DNA of 64,000 nucleotides from a virus. A model generated the notes under the pieces. The model ran no database searches. It was not told the origin of the DNA and saw only the letters and a list, made by a program, of their open reading frames with translations. The translations under genes were made by a program, and so were the position numbers. Below are positions 62,960-64,000 of this stretch, in pieces; the first letter of the stretch is position 1, and the number at the start of each line of letters is the position of its first letter. The stretch lies in the IMG/VR virus record IMGVR_UViG_3300044716_000068; one strand, 5' to 3'.

Positions 62960-63490
62960 TTGGAGTTTATTCCCCACCCTCCACCCTCAAAGGTAGTGTG
63001 AAAATATATTACCCACCAAATTTATTTTTGCCTATTATCAAAACTTGCAGGATTTTCTAGTTTTGATACAACAGGAGTTTATAATATTGGTCCATTTTGT
63101 TGGGAGCAACAATATGCTATAACATATAATCTGTTGGAAAATCCCATCATTATATGTAAAGACATATGATAATGTCCCATAAAAGCAACATTACAAAGGC
63201 TAGGCTGTCCCTTATAAGACACATTATGTAAAGCAATAGCTTGACAATATGTAAATAAGTGTAAAGCTATAAGTTGACTTTTGGCAGAATATAGACTTGT
63301 TATAACTTGCCAAATCAGGAAGTAAAACACAGCCAAACTAGGAAGTATGTTCCATAATGGAACTATCCCCTGCTTTGAACAACAAAATTTTATAGCCCCC
63401 CTACCTCTTTTATATCCAGGGGAGGGGAGCCTACTCCCCATTGATACCCCTCCTAGAATTGAGAGTGTTGGGATACCCCTCCCAGTGCTT
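62960..63490. repeat. strand-switch intergenic region with dispersed C-rich (ACCCCTCC-type) motifs and G/C hairpins; candidate regulatory/origin region
   Basis: CCCCACCCTCCACCCTC lies at 62971-62987. GCCCCCCTACCTC ... CCAGGGGAGGGGAGCCTACTCCCC lies at 63396-63440. GATACCCCTCC occurs twice 27 bp apart (63446 and 63473). TTGACA at 63489 lies immediately upstream of the plus-strand gene. The surrounding sequence is AT-rich. Confidence 0.4.
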
Positions 63491-63523
63491 GACATTATTA
63501 ATTAAAAACAAAAACAGAAAACT

Positions 63524-63913
63524 ATGGCATTCAAATTATCTGCCTACACAAGACAGTCTGGCGAGTTGACAGACAATGGTACAATTGCTAATTTAGTTGG
63601 CAAGAATGGTTCTATCTCTTTCATCAGAAAGAACTTGAACGACCCTGCGAAGCGTGTTGCATTGTTGTTAAAAGACAGCAAGGGTAATAGTGGTGTTGTT
63701 TCTTGTAGTGCTCAATTGAGTAAAGAGATTAGAGCAGGCAAGATTACAATCCACGAGATTGCAGGCTTGTCATTGCTTGAGAATGAAGAAGGTATCACCT
63801 TTGTCTCAATGCCAGGAACAGGTGCAGTTCAAGAGATTGCAATGAAGGACATCAAAGTTGTCTCTTACGAGAGAAGCGAAGAGTTCTTGCCAGAAGAATT
63901 ACTTGCTTTGTAA
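63524..63913 (+). CDS. hypothetical protein (129 aa), only plus-strand gene; monocistronic with own terminator
   Basis: Clean ORF MAFKLSAYTRQSGELTDNG... A perfect-stem terminator follows immediately. Confidence 0.5.
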   Translation: MAFKLSAYTRQSGELTDNGTIANLVGKNGSISFIRKNLNDPAKRVALLLKDSKGNSGVVSCSAQLSKEIRAGKITIHEIAGLSLLENEEGITFVSMPGTGAVQEIAMKDIKVVSYERSEEFLPEELLAL

Positions 63914-63923
63914 TCAAAGCATT

Positions 63924-63967
63924 AACAAGAGAATGGGCTAACAAGCCTGTTCTCTTGTTTTCTATAC
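63924..63967 (+). terminator. rho-independent terminator (10-bp perfect inverted repeat AACAAGAGAA/TTCTCTTGTT followed by T-rich tract)
   Basis: aacaagagaa-tgggctaacaagcctg-ttctcttgtt then ttctatac. It starts 11 nt after the stop codon of the 129-aa gene. Confidence 0.55.
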
Positions 63968-64000
63968 TTGCATAGAACCTTTGTTGCGTAAAAAGAGAGA

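Noticed and set aside
63079-63495. 138-aa minus-strand ORF across the strand-switch region
   Set aside because: It spans GC-rich repeat motifs and has aberrant composition (Cys/His/Met-rich, no coding periodicity). The region is better explained as regulatory non-coding DNA.
1-64000. tRNA genes, CRISPR arrays, integrase/att sites, reverse transcriptase/DGR elements
   Set aside because: No ~75-nt cloverleaf candidates with T-loop GTTCRA signatures lie in the few intergenic gaps. There are no regularly spaced direct repeats with unique spacers. No RT or tyrosine/serine recombinase motifs were seen in any ORF.

Overview
The window is almost entirely one densely packed operon-like block transcribed leftward on the minus strand. 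It is the virion morphogenesis and packaging module of a large, AT-rich tailed phage. Several giant proteins, a virion RNA-polymerase-like motif, IHF/HU genes and Bacteroidota-type promoter syntax give it crAss-like (Crassvirales-like) architecture. Gene order from right to left: a 590-bp strand-switch region, several small ORFs, two HU/IHF-like proteins, large terminase, portal, an SPFH protein, an acidic scaffold-like protein, the putative major capsid protein, an HNH endonuclease, head/tail accessory proteins, several tail-fibre proteins that share an N-terminal adaptor domain, a metallophosphoesterase, a second IHF-like protein, a run of giant proteins (1626, 810, 925, 946, 3905 and 1704 aa), a 3242-aa mega-fibre, a small poly-Thr protein, a GT9-family glycosyltransferase and a sulfotransferase that runs off the left edge. 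The 3905-aa protein carries an RNAP beta-prime-like DxDxD catalytic segment. The mega-fibre combines collagen-like blocks, about 130 fifteen-residue repeats and a C-terminal S74 autoproteolytic chaperone domain. The sulfotransferase was missed by the ORF track. The most novel-looking feature is this glycosyltransferase-sulfotransferase pair at the 3-prime end of the structural operon, together with poly-Thr/Ser tracts in at least six structural proteins. This suggests a virion-protein O-glycosylation/sulfation system. Only one gene lies on the plus strand, a 129-aa ORF with its own terminator at the right end. No tRNA, rRNA, CRISPR array, integrase or reverse transcriptase was found.
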